A DNA stretch of 64,000 nt from an uncultured Alphaproteobacteria bacterium (GTDB taxonomy: Bacteria; Pseudomonadota; Alphaproteobacteria; Rhizobiales; Kaistiaceae). Below the pieces are notes generated by a model. It saw nothing but the letters and a program-made list of their open reading frames with translations. It did not search any database and was not told the DNA's origin. Of this stretch, positions 37,677-47,518 are shown in pieces (position 1 is the first letter of the stretch; each line of letters starts with the position of its first letter). Made by a program: the position numbers and the translations under genes. Location of the stretch: positions 2,693-66,692 of the forward strand of contig CAVSRC010000006.1 of NCBI GenBank assembly GCA_963730325.1, written 5' to 3'.

Positions 37677-38126
37677 ATGAACTTCGACTACAACCATCTC
37701 TATCTGACCACCGAGGGCCGCATCGGCCGCCAGACGTTCTGGATCGGTACCATTGCGCTCGTCGTCGTCAGTATCGTGGTCAACGTGATCATCGGCGCCA
37801 TCTTCGGCTGGGCGAGCTTCGCCATGTTGCTGGTCTCGTTCATCGTCCAGCTCGTGCTGGCCTATCCGGCCTACGCGCTGATGGCGAAGCGCTTCCAGGA
37901 CCGGGCCAAGCCGGGCATCTATGCCGCCGCCGTCGTCGGCATCAACATCCTGTTCTCGCTGTTGACGCTGATCGGGCTGACCGGCACGCCGGGCTCGTAC
38001 AACATCTTCGGGACGCTGATCTCCCTCATCGGGGTGGCGATCGGCATCTGGATCCTGATCGAGCTCGGCATCCTGCGCGGTACGGTCGGCGACAATGCCT
38101 ATGGCCCCGACCCGGTCCAGGGCTAG
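37677..38126 (+). CDS. DUF805 family inner-membrane protein
   Basis: DUF805 signature GRIGRQTFW near the N-terminus, four hydrophobic helices, and C-terminal G..G.N.YGPDP. GGGAGGGG RBS before ATG 37677. Confidence 0.8.
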   Translation: MNFDYNHLYLTTEGRIGRQTFWIGTIALVVVSIVVNVIIGAIFGWASFAMLLVSFIVQLVLAYPAYALMAKRFQDRAKPGIYAAAVVGINILFSLLTLIGLTGTPGSYNIFGTLISLIGVAIGIWILIELGILRGTVGDNAYGPDPVQG

Positions 38127-38189
38127 GCCGGGCGGCAGCTTGATGGAGCAGGCGGAGGCGGCGCCAGCGGCGCTTCCGCCTGTGTCGTG

Positions 38190-38561
38190 ATGCGGCCGGT
38201 CCGCATCAACGACCTGATGGTCTTCTTCTTCATTGCCGGCGGGCGGATCACCCGCCAGGAATACTGGCTCGGCCTCGCCTTCGTTTACGCCGCCAACGCG
38301 GCGCTCGTCGCCTTCGCGCTGCATCAGGCGGACCGCGACCTGGCGCTCGGCCTGGCGATCATGGTCACGACCTTCCCCTCGACGGTGGCGGTGTTCGTGC
38401 TGGCGGCCAAACGCTGCCATGACCTGGCGCTTTCCGGCGCGATGACGCTGCTCCTGCTGGTGCCGATTGTCGGCCTCTTCTGGCTGATCGGCCTGGGCGT
38501 CGTGCCCGGCACTGCCGGCCCCAACCGCTTCGGGCCGCCGCCCCGTTTCCGCCCCGGCTGA
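38190..38561 (+). CDS. DUF805 family inner-membrane protein (second paralogue)
   Basis: GRITRQEYW motif, KRCHD motif, and C-terminal PGTAGPNRFGPPP. Confidence 0.8.
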   Translation: MRPVRINDLMVFFFIAGGRITRQEYWLGLAFVYAANAALVAFALHQADRDLALGLAIMVTTFPSTVAVFVLAAKRCHDLALSGAMTLLLLVPIVGLFWLIGLGVVPGTAGPNRFGPPPRFRPG

Positions 38562-38658
38562 CGGTCACGATTCGACCCGGATCGGCCGCCATGATTGACG
38601 GCCGGAGGCAAGCCTCGCTAAACCGCAGGCGCGCACCTCTCCCTGGCACGCGAGTCCG

Positions 38659-39843
38659 ATGACCCAGACACATGACCCGGCCGCCTTGCTGAAGGCGCTG
38701 ATCGCGTGCCGCTCCGTCACCCCGGCCGACGACGGCGCGCAAGACTGGATGGCCGAGGTGCTGACCGGCGCCGGCTTCGCGGTCGAGCGGCTGACCTTCT
38801 CGGCGCCCGGCACGCCGGACGTCGACAACCTGTTCGCCAGCATCGGCAGCGGCGCGCCGCACCTGGTCTTCGCCGGCCACACGGACGTGGTGCCGGCGGG
38901 CGAGGAGGCGCGCTGGAGCCACCCGCCCTTTGCCGGCGAGATTGCCGGCGGGGCGCTCTACGGGCGCGGCGCGGTCGACATGAAGGGCGGTATCGCCTGC
39001 TTCATGGCGGCGGCGCTCGGCAAGCTTGCCGAAGACGGGCAGGCGCACGGCACACTGTCGCTCCTCATCACCGGCGACGAGGAAGGCCCCTCGGTCAACG
39101 GCACGGAGAAGGCGCTCGCCTGGGCGCTGGAACAGGGCCAGCACTTCGACGCGGCGCTGGTCGGCGAGCCGACGTCGCGGGTGAAGCTCGGCGATACGGT
39201 CAAGACCGGCCGGCGCGGCGGCCTCTCGGCAACGATCACGGTCACCGGCCGGCAGGGCCACGCCGCCTATCCGCACCTCGCCGACAACCCGATGCACAAG
39301 ATGATCCGCATCCTCGACCGGCTGGAGCGCCTGTCGCTCGACGAGGGAACGCGCGACTTCGAACCGTCGAACCTCGAGATCACCAGCGTCGATACCGGCA
39401 ACCCGGCCTTCAACGTCATCCCGGCGAAGGCGGAAGCCAAGCTCAACGTGCGCTTCAACGACACCTGGACGCTCGAATCGCTCGAGGCCCATCTCAGGGC
39501 CGAGATCGAGGCGGCAGCGGCAGAGGCCGCGGGCAAGGCACGGGTCGAATTCAAGGTCGTGCGCGGCAGCCAGTCCTTCCTCACCGAGCCCGGGCCGCTC
39601 ACCGACAGCCTGTCGCAGGCGATCGGCGCGGTGGCCGGCATCTTCCCCTCGCCCTCCACCGGCGGGGGCACCTCCGATGCGCGCTTCTTCAAGGAGGTGT
39701 GCCCGGTGGTCGAGTTCGGCCTGGTCGGCGACACCATGCATCAGGTCGACGAGCGGGTGCCGCTCGCCGACCTCGCACAGTTGACTGCGATCTACCGCGC
39801 CTTCCTCGACCGGTTCTTCGCCGCCGGCGCGGCAGGCGCCTGA
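38659..39843 (+). CDS. dapE: Succinyl-diaminopimelate desuccinylase
   Basis: M20 peptidase motifs FAGHTDVVP, GRGAVDMKG, ITGDEEG. Length and overall similarity fit DapE. Confidence 0.93.
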   Translation: MTQTHDPAALLKALIACRSVTPADDGAQDWMAEVLTGAGFAVERLTFSAPGTPDVDNLFASIGSGAPHLVFAGHTDVVPAGEEARWSHPPFAGEIAGGALYGRGAVDMKGGIACFMAAALGKLAEDGQAHGTLSLLITGDEEGPSVNGTEKALAWALEQGQHFDAALVGEPTSRVKLGDTVKTGRRGGLSATITVTGRQGHAAYPHLADNPMHKMIRILDRLERLSLDEGTRDFEPSNLEITSVDTGNPAFNVIPAKAEAKLNVRFNDTWTLESLEAHLRAEIEAAAAEAAGKARVEFKVVRGSQSFLTEPGPLTDSLSQAIGAVAGIFPSPSTGGGTSDARFFKEVCPVVEFGLVGDTMHQVDERVPLADLAQLTAIYRAFLDRFFAAGAAGA

Positions 39844-40445
39844 TGGACCGCGCCGAGATCGTCCGATCGCTGAGGGGGGCATGGCGGCTGTTCCTCGGCC
39901 GGCCGGACGCCATGCGCTTCTTCGACACCAGCGTCGACGGTTTCTGGCGCTCCTTCCGCGCGATCATCCTGGTGGCGCCGCTCTATGGACTGACGGCGCT
40001 GGCCGACCGCTACGACCTGCTGACCGACGCCAACCCGACCGACGATTTCACCAACGGCCAGTTCTGGGCGGCGAAATCGCTGACGCTGGCCCTCGACTGG
40101 GTGGCGCTGCCGATCCTGCTCGGGCTCCTCGCCGATTTCATCGGCATACGGCGCGGCTACCCCGGCTATGTCGTGGCGCGCAACTGGGCGACGGTGCTGA
40201 TGATCGTTCCGTTCGCGGCGATCGCGCTCCTCGACCTCTCCGGCATGGCCACCACCAAGGTGCTGGTGCTGCCGTCGGTGGTGGCGCTGGCCGCCACCTT
40301 TCTCATGAGCTACGCGATCGCGCGCAAGGCGCTCGGCGCCAGCGGCGACGTCGCCGTCGCCTTTGTGGTGCTCGATCTGCTGGTCAGCCTCGTCATCGTC
40401 ATGACGGCCAATCGGCTGTTCGGCATCGATTCCGTGATTCAGTAA
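39843..40445 (+). CDS. Hypothetical integral membrane protein
   Basis: ATG overlaps the dapE stop (TGATG). Four to five hydrophobic helices. No family recognised. Confidence 0.65.
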   Translation: MDRAEIVRSLRGAWRLFLGRPDAMRFFDTSVDGFWRSFRAIILVAPLYGLTALADRYDLLTDANPTDDFTNGQFWAAKSLTLALDWVALPILLGLLADFIGIRRGYPGYVVARNWATVLMIVPFAAIALLDLSGMATTKVLVLPSVVALAATFLMSYAIARKALGASGDVAVAFVVLDLLVSLVIVMTANRLFGIDSVIQ

Positions 40446-41176
40446 TCCACTGCCACCAGATAGAGCCCGTCGGGCGGGGCCACCGGGCCGGAGCGCGTGC
40501 GGTCGCAGGCCTCCAGTGCCGCGCCGACGGCGGCAACCGGCCATTTGCCGTCGCCGACCTTCTTCAGCGTGCCGACCATGGAGCGCACCTGATTGTGCAG
40601 GAAGGAGCGCGCCTCGGCGACGACCATGATCTCGTCGCCGGCGCGCGAGACATCGAGCCGGTCGAGCGTCTTCACCGGCGATCTGGCCTGGCACTCCGAC
40701 GAGCGGAAGGTGGTGAAATCGTGCTTGCCGACGAGCGCCTGGGCGGCGGCGTGCATGGCCTCGTGATCGAGGCGCTGGGAGACCCACCAGACGCGGCCGC
40801 GGTCGATGACCGGCGGGGCGCGGCGATCGAGCAAGCGATAGAGGTAGTGCCGCTTCACCGCCGAGAAGCGGGCGTCGAAACCCGCCGCGACCGCCTCCGC
40901 CGAAAGGATGGCGACGGTCTCCGGCTTGAGATGGGCGTTGAGGGCGTCGCGCACGGTGTCGGCCGGCCAGTCGCGGGCAAGGTCGATGTGGGCCACCTGA
41001 CCCAGAGCATGAACGCCTGAATCGGTGCGCCCGGCACCCTTGACCACGACCGTCTCGCCGGTGAAGGCGGTGACCGCCTCCTCGATCGCCTGCTGCACCG
41101 CGCGGCCGTTCTCCTGACGCTGCCAGCCGACAAAGGGGCGGCCGTCATATTCGATGGTGAGCTTGTAGCGCGGCAT
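40439..41176 (-). CDS. truA: tRNA pseudouridine(38-40) synthase
   Basis: Catalytic motif [12 protein letters not shown]-terminus [12 protein letters not shown]. Confidence 0.93.
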   Translation of the reverse strand: MPRYKLTIEYDGRPFVGWQRQENGRAVQQAIEEAVTAFTGETVVVKGAGRTDSGVHALGQVAHIDLARDWPADTVRDALNAHLKPETVAILSAEAVAAGFDARFSAVKRHYLYRLLDRRAPPVIDRGRVWWVSQRLDHEAMHAAAQALVGKHDFTTFRSSECQARSPVKTLDRLDVSRAGDEIMVVAEARSFLHNQVRSMVGTLKKVGDGKWPVAAVGAALEACDRTRSGPVAPPDGLYLVAVDY

Positions 41177-41177
41177 C

Positions 41178-42101
41178 TCAGACGAGGCGGCCGAGGGCGC
41201 CATGCAGGCCGCGCAGGAACTCGGCCGCCGCCACGGCGCCCTTTCCGGCGCGCTGTACCTGCACCAGCCGCACGGCGCCGGAACCGCAGGCCACGGTCAA
41301 CTGATCGTCGAGCACGCTGCCGGGCGCGCCATCGCCCTCGGCCAGCGTCGCGCGCAGGATTTTCATGCGCTCCGGTCCCTTGCCGAGATCGGCCTCGCAC
41401 CAGGCGCCCGGAAAGGGCGACAGGCCGCGAATGTGATTGTGGACGTCCGTCGCCGGGCGCGACCAGTCGATGCGGGTCTCGGCATTGTCGAGCTTCTTGG
41501 CGTAGGTGACGCCTTCTTCGGCCTGCGGGGTGAAGCCGAGATCGCCGCGCGACAGGGCGGCAAGCGCGCGCACCATGAGGTCGGCGCCGAGGGCGGCGAG
41601 CGTGGCCGCCACTTCGCCGGCGGTGGCGTCGGGCGCGATCGCGAGGCGCTCGCTCATGGCGACCGGGCCGGTATCGAGCCCCTCCTCCATGCGCATGACC
41701 ATGACGCCGGTCTCCGCATCGCCGGCCATGATGGCGCGGGCGACGGGCGCGGCACCGCGCCAGCGCGGCAGCAGCGAGCCATGCAGGTTGACGAAGCCGT
41801 GCGGCGGAACGTCGAGGAAGGCTTTCGGCAGGATCTGGCCGTAGGCGGCAACGACGCCGACATCGACGCCGAGGCCGGCGAAACGCTCCGCCTCGCCCTC
41901 GTTTCTCAGGCGGGCGGGCGTGAAGACCGGCAGGGCGAAGCGCTCGGCGACCTCATGCACCGGCGACTTGCGCTCGGCCATGCCGCGGCCGGCGGCGCGC
42001 GGCGGCTGGGTGTAGACGGCGGCGACGTCATGGCCCTGGCCGACGATCTCGGTCAGCGTCGGGACGGCGAAATCCGGTGTTCCGAAGAAAGCGATGCGCA
42101 T
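41178..42101 (-). CDS. fmt: Methionyl-tRNA formyltransferase
   Basis: [15 protein letters not shown]-terminus and [13 protein letters not shown] motif. In the def-fmt-truA neighbourhood. Confidence 0.93.
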   Translation of the reverse strand: MRIAFFGTPDFAVPTLTEIVGQGHDVAAVYTQPPRAAGRGMAERKSPVHEVAERFALPVFTPARLRNEGEAERFAGLGVDVGVVAAYGQILPKAFLDVPPHGFVNLHGSLLPRWRGAAPVARAIMAGDAETGVMVMRMEEGLDTGPVAMSERLAIAPDATAGEVAATLAALGADLMVRALAALSRGDLGFTPQAEEGVTYAKKLDNAETRIDWSRPATDVHNHIRGLSPFPGAWCEADLGKGPERMKILRATLAEGDGAPGSVLDDQLTVACGSGAVRLVQVQRAGKGAVAAAEFLRGLHGALGRLV

Positions 42102-42188
42102 GGGGCGCGGCATAGCGCCCCCTCGGCGTGCCGGCAAGGCGGCAGCCGGCGCTTGCGACGCGCCGGCGACCGATTGTCCGCGAGCGGC

Positions 42189-42449
42189 TCAGTAGCGGCA
42201 GCGATCGCGATAGTACTTGCCGTGATACTTGTAGGTGCACCAGCCGTCGTTGAGGTGGTTGACCAGAACCGCACCGGCAAGCGCACCGATGCCGGCACCG
42301 ACGACCGCACCGCCGACCGAACTGGTGGCGATGCCGCCGAGCGCGGCGCCGATACCGGCGCCGGACAGGGCGCCCTCGGTGGTCGTGCACCCGGCAATGC
42401 CGAGGCTGAGGGCCGAAACCGCCGCCACGGCCAGAACCGTCTTTCTCAT
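42189..42449 (-). CDS. Glycine-zipper lipoprotein
   Basis: Lipobox LSLGIAG-C, Gly-zipper segment GAGIGAALGGIATSSVGGAVVGAGIGALAGAV, and a Cys-containing C-terminal tail. Confidence 0.75.
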   Translation of the reverse strand: MRKTVLAVAAVSALSLGIAGCTTTEGALSGAGIGAALGGIATSSVGGAVVGAGIGALAGAVLVNHLNDGWCTYKYHGKYYRDRCRY

Positions 42450-42583
42450 GTCAGCTCTCCCTGTTGTGCTCGTCTGACAAAGCCGTGGTTATCGCCCCGG
42501 CCGCGCGCCAATCAAGGCCGCTGCATTATGGCCGAAACGAGGCTTTGTTGTGAAGCAGGCGCGCCCGAAGGACGCCACGGTTC

Positions 42584-43126
42584 CTACAAGGCCGGCGGTT
42601 TGCCGCCGATTTTCGCCTGCTTGGTGAACTTCTTGATCACCATGTCGCGCTTCAACTTGGACAGGTAGTCGATGAACAGCTTGCCCTCGAGATGGTCGAT
42701 CTCGTGCTGCATGACGACGGCGAGCCAGCCATTGGCCTCGACCTCGTGCGGCTTGCCGTCGCGGTCGAGATAGGCGACGCGCACCTGGGCCGGCCGCTCG
42801 ACCTCGGCGAAATATTCCGGAATCGACAGGCAGCCTTCCTCGGCGGTGGCCACGTCGTCGGAGCGCCACAGGATCTTCGGATTGACCAGGAAGAGCGGAT
42901 CGGGCTTGGGCTCCTCCTCATCCGATTCGCGCGAGGCGACGTCGATGGTGATGACGCGGCGCGGCACGCCGACCTGGATGGCGGCGAGCCCGATGCCCGG
43001 CGCCTCGTACATGGTCTCCAGCATGGAATCCATGAAGGTGCGCAGCTCGTCGTCGACCCGTTCGACGGGGGCGCTCCGCATGCGCAGCTTGCGGTCAGGC
43101 AGGGTGATGATATCGAGCTTTGACAC
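42584..43126 (-). CDS. def: Peptide deformylase
   Basis: Motifs [26 protein letters not shown]. Confidence 0.95.
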   Translation of the reverse strand: MSKLDIITLPDRKLRMRSAPVERVDDELRTFMDSMLETMYEAPGIGLAAIQVGVPRRVITIDVASRESDEEEPKPDPLFLVNPKILWRSDDVATAEEGCLSIPEYFAEVERPAQVRVAYLDRDGKPHEVEANGWLAVVMQHEIDHLEGKLFIDYLSKLKRDMVIKKFTKQAKIGGKPPAL

Positions 43127-43182
43127 GCGCTTCAGATATGAGAGGAACCCTTCCGGGTCAACGCTTTCGACAGGATTCGGGG

Positions 43183-43350
43183 ATGGTCAGGAAACCGAAA
43201 AAGGCGGTCCCCCGCAGGCTGAAGCGCAATCCGGTCGCCCGATCGCTCGCCTCGCCGCTGTTCCGGGAAAGGAAAGTCGAACGGCCCGACCGGCCGAAGC
43301 GCAAGCCGAAGCACCCGAAACGGCCGGATGAGGACGAAGCCGGCGAATAG
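43183..43350 (+). CDS. Small highly basic hypothetical protein (55 aa)
   Basis: [55 protein letters not shown]. Codon third positions are GC-biased like genuine genes. No family recognised. Confidence 0.4.
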   Translation: MVRKPKKAVPRRLKRNPVARSLASPLFRERKVERPDRPKRKPKHPKRPDEDEAGE

Positions 43351-43397
43351 CCGATTTCCGCCAGATTCAGCGGTTTTCGCCCTTTCGGCCGCAATTC

Positions 43398-43598
43398 CTA
43401 GAAGATTTCGCTGAGGGAATGGTCCCGACGGACGTGCCGAGGGTGCAGATCGCGCTCCGGCGAAGCCGTGGAGGCCGGCCGGTCCGGGCCGCCCGAACCG
43501 CCCCTGCGATCGCCGGTCGCCTGACCGTCCGCCGGCCGCTCCGCCGCCTCGCGTCTGCCGAATGTGCCTCTGCTGCCGGCCTCGGTCCGCATTCTCAT
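43398..43598 (-). CDS. Possible small hypothetical protein
   Basis: M(RM)RTEAGSRGTFGRREAAERPADGQATGDRRGGSGGPDRPASTASPERDLHPRHVRRDHSLSEIF. GGAG precedes two ATGs (43598/43592). High GC3. Divergent from the LuxR gene. Confidence 0.3.
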   Translation of the reverse strand: MRMRTEAGSRGTFGRREAAERPADGQATGDRRGGSGGPDRPASTASPERDLHPRHVRRDHSLSEIF

Positions 43599-43767
43599 CG
43601 TCTCCGTTCCCGTTGTTTCGCGGCGGGACGCTAGGCGATGGCCCAGGACGCACGCGTCGTTCGGTCGGGGGATATGCGCTTCACGAAGCGGTGAATTCGA
43701 GGCGGGGGGTGTGACGGCCGTCACAGGCCGCCGAATAGACAGCGCACTTCGGCTGTTCCCGCCGTCC

Positions 43768-44895
43768 ATGACCGAAATCGAATTGCTGTCGACGCTGGTC
43801 GGCGAGATCTATGACGCCACGCTCGACCCGACGCTCTGGAGCGCCGCGCTCGACCATGCGGCACGCTTCGTCGGCGGATGCGCGGCGGCCCTGTTCACCA
43901 AGAGCGCCAGCCTGAGCGGCGCCAACGCCTTCGATTCGGGAATCGAGACGCGCTACACCACGGCCTATTTCGACACCTACATCAGGATCGATCCGCTGTC
44001 GCTCGGCCACGTCTTCGCTGCCACCGGCCAGCCCACCGCCGTGACCGACCTGATCGCCTATGACGAATTCCTCGATTCCCGCTTCTACGCCGAATGGGCG
44101 CGGCCGCAGGGCTTCGTCGATTTCGCCGGGGCGGTGCTCGACAAATCGTCCGGTGGCTCGGCCATGTTCGGCGTCTTCCGCCACCAACAGGACGGCGTGG
44201 TTGGCGACGAGACGCGCCGGCGCATGCGGCTGGTCGTGCCGCACGTTCAGCGGGCGGCTCTGATTGCCGGCGTGATCGACCAACAGACAACGGCGGCCAC
44301 GAACCTGACAAACGGTCTCGATGGCGTCGCCTGCGGTGTGTTCCTGCTCGACGCCGAGATGCGCGTCCTGCATGCCAATGTCGCCGGGCGCCGTATGCTG
44401 GACGGCGCCGATGTGCTGCGCATCGCCAATGGCCGGTTCACCGCCGGCGAGCCCGCTGCGGACGGCGAGCTCGGCCAGATCGTCGCCACGGCGGCAACCG
44501 GCGACCGGACGCTCGGCGTCCGCGGCATCGCCCTGCCGCTCATCTCCAGCGACGGCGAGCGTCACGTCGCCCACGCCCTGCCGCTGGCCTCCGACGCCCG
44601 CGGGGACGCCGGCGGACGCCGCGCCGTCCTGGCGCTCTTCGTTCACAAGGCGACCGTCGCGGCGCCGTCGATGCCGGAAGCGATCGCCCGCGCCTATGGA
44701 CTCACGCTGACCGAGCTGCGCGTCCTGCTGGCCATCGTCGATGTCGGCGGCGCGCCGGAAGTCGCGGACGCGCTCGGCATCGCACCGAGCACGGTGAAGA
44801 CCCATCTCGGACGACTCTACGAAAAGACCGGCACGCGCCGACAGGCCGACCTCGCCAAGCTGGTTGCCGGCTACGCGACGCCGCTGCTGCGCTAG
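43768..44895 (+). CDS. LuxR-family transcriptional regulator with N-terminal sensor (PAS-like) domain
   Basis: C-terminal HTH LTLTELRVLLAIVDVGGAPEVADALGIAPSTVKTHLGRLYEKTG. The N-terminus MTEIELLSTLVGEIYDATLDP is typical of this rhizobial regulator class. Confidence 0.88.
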   Translation: MTEIELLSTLVGEIYDATLDPTLWSAALDHAARFVGGCAAALFTKSASLSGANAFDSGIETRYTTAYFDTYIRIDPLSLGHVFAATGQPTAVTDLIAYDEFLDSRFYAEWARPQGFVDFAGAVLDKSSGGSAMFGVFRHQQDGVVGDETRRRMRLVVPHVQRAALIAGVIDQQTTAATNLTNGLDGVACGVFLLDAEMRVLHANVAGRRMLDGADVLRIANGRFTAGEPAADGELGQIVATAATGDRTLGVRGIALPLISSDGERHVAHALPLASDARGDAGGRRAVLALFVHKATVAAPSMPEAIARAYGLTLTELRVLLAIVDVGGAPEVADALGIAPSTVKTHLGRLYEKTGTRRQADLAKLVAGYATPLLR

Positions 44896-45038
44896 AGGTC
44901 TCCGCCTCTCCATTTCGTGATCGCGGCATCCGCCGATCGGGGGACGCGACCCCGCGAGGGCATCGGCAATGTCCGCGCCCCAACCGATGCCAGCCGAGAG
45001 CTCCCTCCGGCGGCGCATCAGTCGACAATGAGGTTCCC

Positions 45039-45287
45039 ATGCCGGAAATCGCCGCACGGCTGCCAGACCGATCCCGGCCGCACAGTGCCATCGGCACGTT
45101 CGTGCTGGCGGTGAAACGCGCCGGGGCGGCGTATGTCCGATGGCGGCTGCGGCGCAAGACGGCCCGCATGCTGAGCGGGCTCAGCGACGACATGCTGAAG
45201 GATCTCGGCGTGACGCGATCCGACCTGTGTCGCTATCGCGGCAAGGACACGGTCCACAACCGGCAATCCGTCGACCGGCGCCGCTGA
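45039..45287 (+). CDS. DUF1127 domain small protein
   Basis: Own reading of the 3' part of track ORF 44094..45287: MPEIAARL...RRKTARMLSGLSDDMLKDLGVTRSDL. This carries the DUF1127 signature L..LSD..L.D.G..R. Confidence 0.75.
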   Translation: MPEIAARLPDRSRPHSAIGTFVLAVKRAGAAYVRWRLRRKTARMLSGLSDDMLKDLGVTRSDLCRYRGKDTVHNRQSVDRRR

Positions 45288-45360
45288 AGGCGTCGGCCAG
45301 CAGGTGGCCGACACCGCCACCGACACAATCCCCACGCAACTGCAAACGAGGAGACCACGC

Positions 45361-45852
45361 ATGAACAAACGCCATTGGCTTGCCGGATTGACTTTCCTGG
45401 CCATCTTCGCGGCCGGTGCCGCGACGGCGGCGGAGAACCCGCTGGCGGAGCATGTGCGCAGCGCCAACGACCGTTTCAAAGATGTGAAGGCGGCGCTGGC
45501 CGAGGGCTATGCGCCGATCCCCTGCGCCAGCGGCGTCAACGGCGGCGCCATGGGCATTCACTACGTCAACGCGAAATACCTGAAGGATGACGGCCTCGAC
45601 GTGGCGCACCCGGAGGCGGTGATGTACGAGCCGGGCCCGGACGGCAAGCTGACCCTGATCGCGGTGGAATACATCACCACCAAGGGGCCGGCCCAGCTTG
45701 AAGGCCACCTGTTCAACTTCACCGGCGCGCCCAACCGCTATGGCCTTCCCGCCTTCTATGAGCTGCACGTGTGGGCGTGGAAGGAGAACCGGACTGGCAC
45801 GTTCGCCGACATGAACCCCAACGTGTCGTGCGACGCCGCGACCGGCCAATAG
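45361..45852 (+). CDS. Secreted hypothetical protein
   Basis: Signal peptide MNKRHWLAGLTFLAIFAAGAATA. Mature part not recognised. Confidence 0.7.
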   Translation: MNKRHWLAGLTFLAIFAAGAATAAENPLAEHVRSANDRFKDVKAALAEGYAPIPCASGVNGGAMGIHYVNAKYLKDDGLDVAHPEAVMYEPGPDGKLTLIAVEYITTKGPAQLEGHLFNFTGAPNRYGLPAFYELHVWAWKENRTGTFADMNPNVSCDAATGQ

Positions 45853-45887
45853 GGTGATCCTCCTGATCTCCCGGCTCTCCCCCTCGG

Positions 45888-45914
45888 CCCGGGCCGGCGC
45901 AATGCCGGCCCGGG
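45888..45914 (+). terminator. GC-rich hairpin after the secreted-protein gene
   Basis: Perfect 11-bp stem cccgggccggc/gccggcccggg with a 5-nt loop. No clear U-tract. Confidence 0.35.
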
Positions 45915-45979
45915 TCGGCAGACCGCGGGCGGGAAAGTTCCCGTTTTGTACTCGTCGGTCTTCGGGTTACTCTTACCGG

Positions 45980-47185
45980 ATGAACGAAACGATCTATCGA
46001 TTCGGCGATGTCACCATCACCGGCGCGACGCTTGCTGCCGGCGCGGCGGCGGCGCTGCTGCTGGTGCTGCTGGTCATCACCCTTGTCGCCTGGCGCCGGG
46101 CAGCGCAGCGCGTGACGGCGCTGGAAGAGGCGCGCGAGGACGGCATCGCGGCCGGTCTGGCGGCGCTCCGCGATCATCAGAGCCAGATCACCGGCCAGGT
46201 ACGTAACCTGACCGACCGGCTCGACAATTTCGGCCACCGGGTCGGCCAATCGGTGAGCGAGACGGCGCGCGGGACACATGACAGCCTGGCAAAACTCGGC
46301 GAGCAGACCCATGAGAGCCTGGCCAAGCTCGGCGAGCGGCTGGCGGTGATCGACAAGGCGCAGCGCACGATCACCGACCTGTCGGGCCAGGTGGTCGAAT
46401 TGCAGCAGATCCTCGCCAACAAGCAGCAGCGCGGCGCCTTCGGTCAGGCGCGCATGGAAGCCATCGTCGGCGACGGCCTGCCGGCCTCGGGCTACCGGTT
46501 CCAGGCGACGCTGTCCAACGGCAACCGGCCGGACTGCCTGATCCTCTTCCCCAATGGCGGCCCGAGCCTGGTGATCGACGCCAAGTTTCCGCTGGAGGGG
46601 TGGAGCGCCATCCGCGCGGCGGAGACGCCGGAGGGCAAGAAGGCGGCGGAGAGCCAGTTCCGCCGCGACACGCTGAAGCACGTCCAGGATATCGCCGAGC
46701 GTTATCTGGTCACCGGCGAGACGCAGGACACCGCCTTCATGTTCGTGCCGTCGGAATCGATCTTCTTCGATATCCACGAGCACTACGAAGACATCGTCCA
46801 GAAGGCGCACCGGGCGAGTGTGGTGATCGTCTCGCCGTCGCTGCTGATGCTGTCGATCCAGGTGGTGATGTCGCTCTTGCGCGACGCGCGCATGCGCGAG
46901 CAGGCGCACATCATCCAGCAGGAGGTGATCCGGCTGATGGACGATGTCGGCCGGCTGGACGACCGGGTGCGCAAGCTTGGCGTCCACTTCAACCTGGCCA
47001 ACAAGGACATCGAGGACATCCTCGTCTCCAGCCGCAAGATTTCCGGGCGCGGCGAGAAGATCAAGGCGGTCGAGGTGGAAGACGGCAATGCGCCCGCCGA
47101 GGTGCCCGAGGCACCGGCGCGGCCGGCCCCGGCACAGCGCAGCGCGCCGCCGCAACTGCCCTTTTCGACGTTCGAGGAAGTGTGA
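45980..47185 (+). CDS. rmuC: DNA recombination protein RmuC
   Basis: N-terminal TM, coiled-coil region, and RmuC nuclease-like C-terminal domain (..PDCLILFPNGGPSLVIDAKFPLE..FMFVPSE..). Confidence 0.9.
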   Translation: MNETIYRFGDVTITGATLAAGAAAALLLVLLVITLVAWRRAAQRVTALEEAREDGIAAGLAALRDHQSQITGQVRNLTDRLDNFGHRVGQSVSETARGTHDSLAKLGEQTHESLAKLGERLAVIDKAQRTITDLSGQVVELQQILANKQQRGAFGQARMEAIVGDGLPASGYRFQATLSNGNRPDCLILFPNGGPSLVIDAKFPLEGWSAIRAAETPEGKKAAESQFRRDTLKHVQDIAERYLVTGETQDTAFMFVPSESIFFDIHEHYEDIVQKAHRASVVIVSPSLLMLSIQVVMSLLRDARMREQAHIIQQEVIRLMDDVGRLDDRVRKLGVHFNLANKDIEDILVSSRKISGRGEKIKAVEVEDGNAPAEVPEAPARPAPAQRSAPPQLPFSTFEEV

Positions 47186-47194
47186 GGCAGCAGC

Positions 47195-47518
47195 ATGGTC
47201 AGGATCAGCATCTTCTATCCGAACACGGCGAACGCCCGTTTCGACATGGACTACTACATCGAGACGCACATGCCGGCGTCGATCGAACGACTTTCCGCCG
47301 GCAAGGGCTTTCGGGGCGTTTCGGTCGATCGCGGCATCGGTGGCGGCGCGCCGGGTACACCGCCGGCCTATGTGGCGATGTGCCAATACCTGTTCGATAC
47401 GGCCGAGGACTTCATGTCCGCCTTTGGGCCGCACGCGGAGTTCCTGCAAGGCGACATTGCGAACTACACCGACATCGCGCCGGTGATCCAGATCAGCGAC
47501 GTGGCCATCGCCCGCTGA
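47195..47518 (+). CDS. EthD family reductase
   Basis: MVRISIFYPNTANARFDMDYYIETHMP... is typical of the EthD (TIGR02118-like) dimeric alpha/beta-barrel family. Confidence 0.85.
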   Translation: MVRISIFYPNTANARFDMDYYIETHMPASIERLSAGKGFRGVSVDRGIGGGAPGTPPAYVAMCQYLFDTAEDFMSAFGPHAEFLQGDIANYTDIAPVIQISDVAIAR

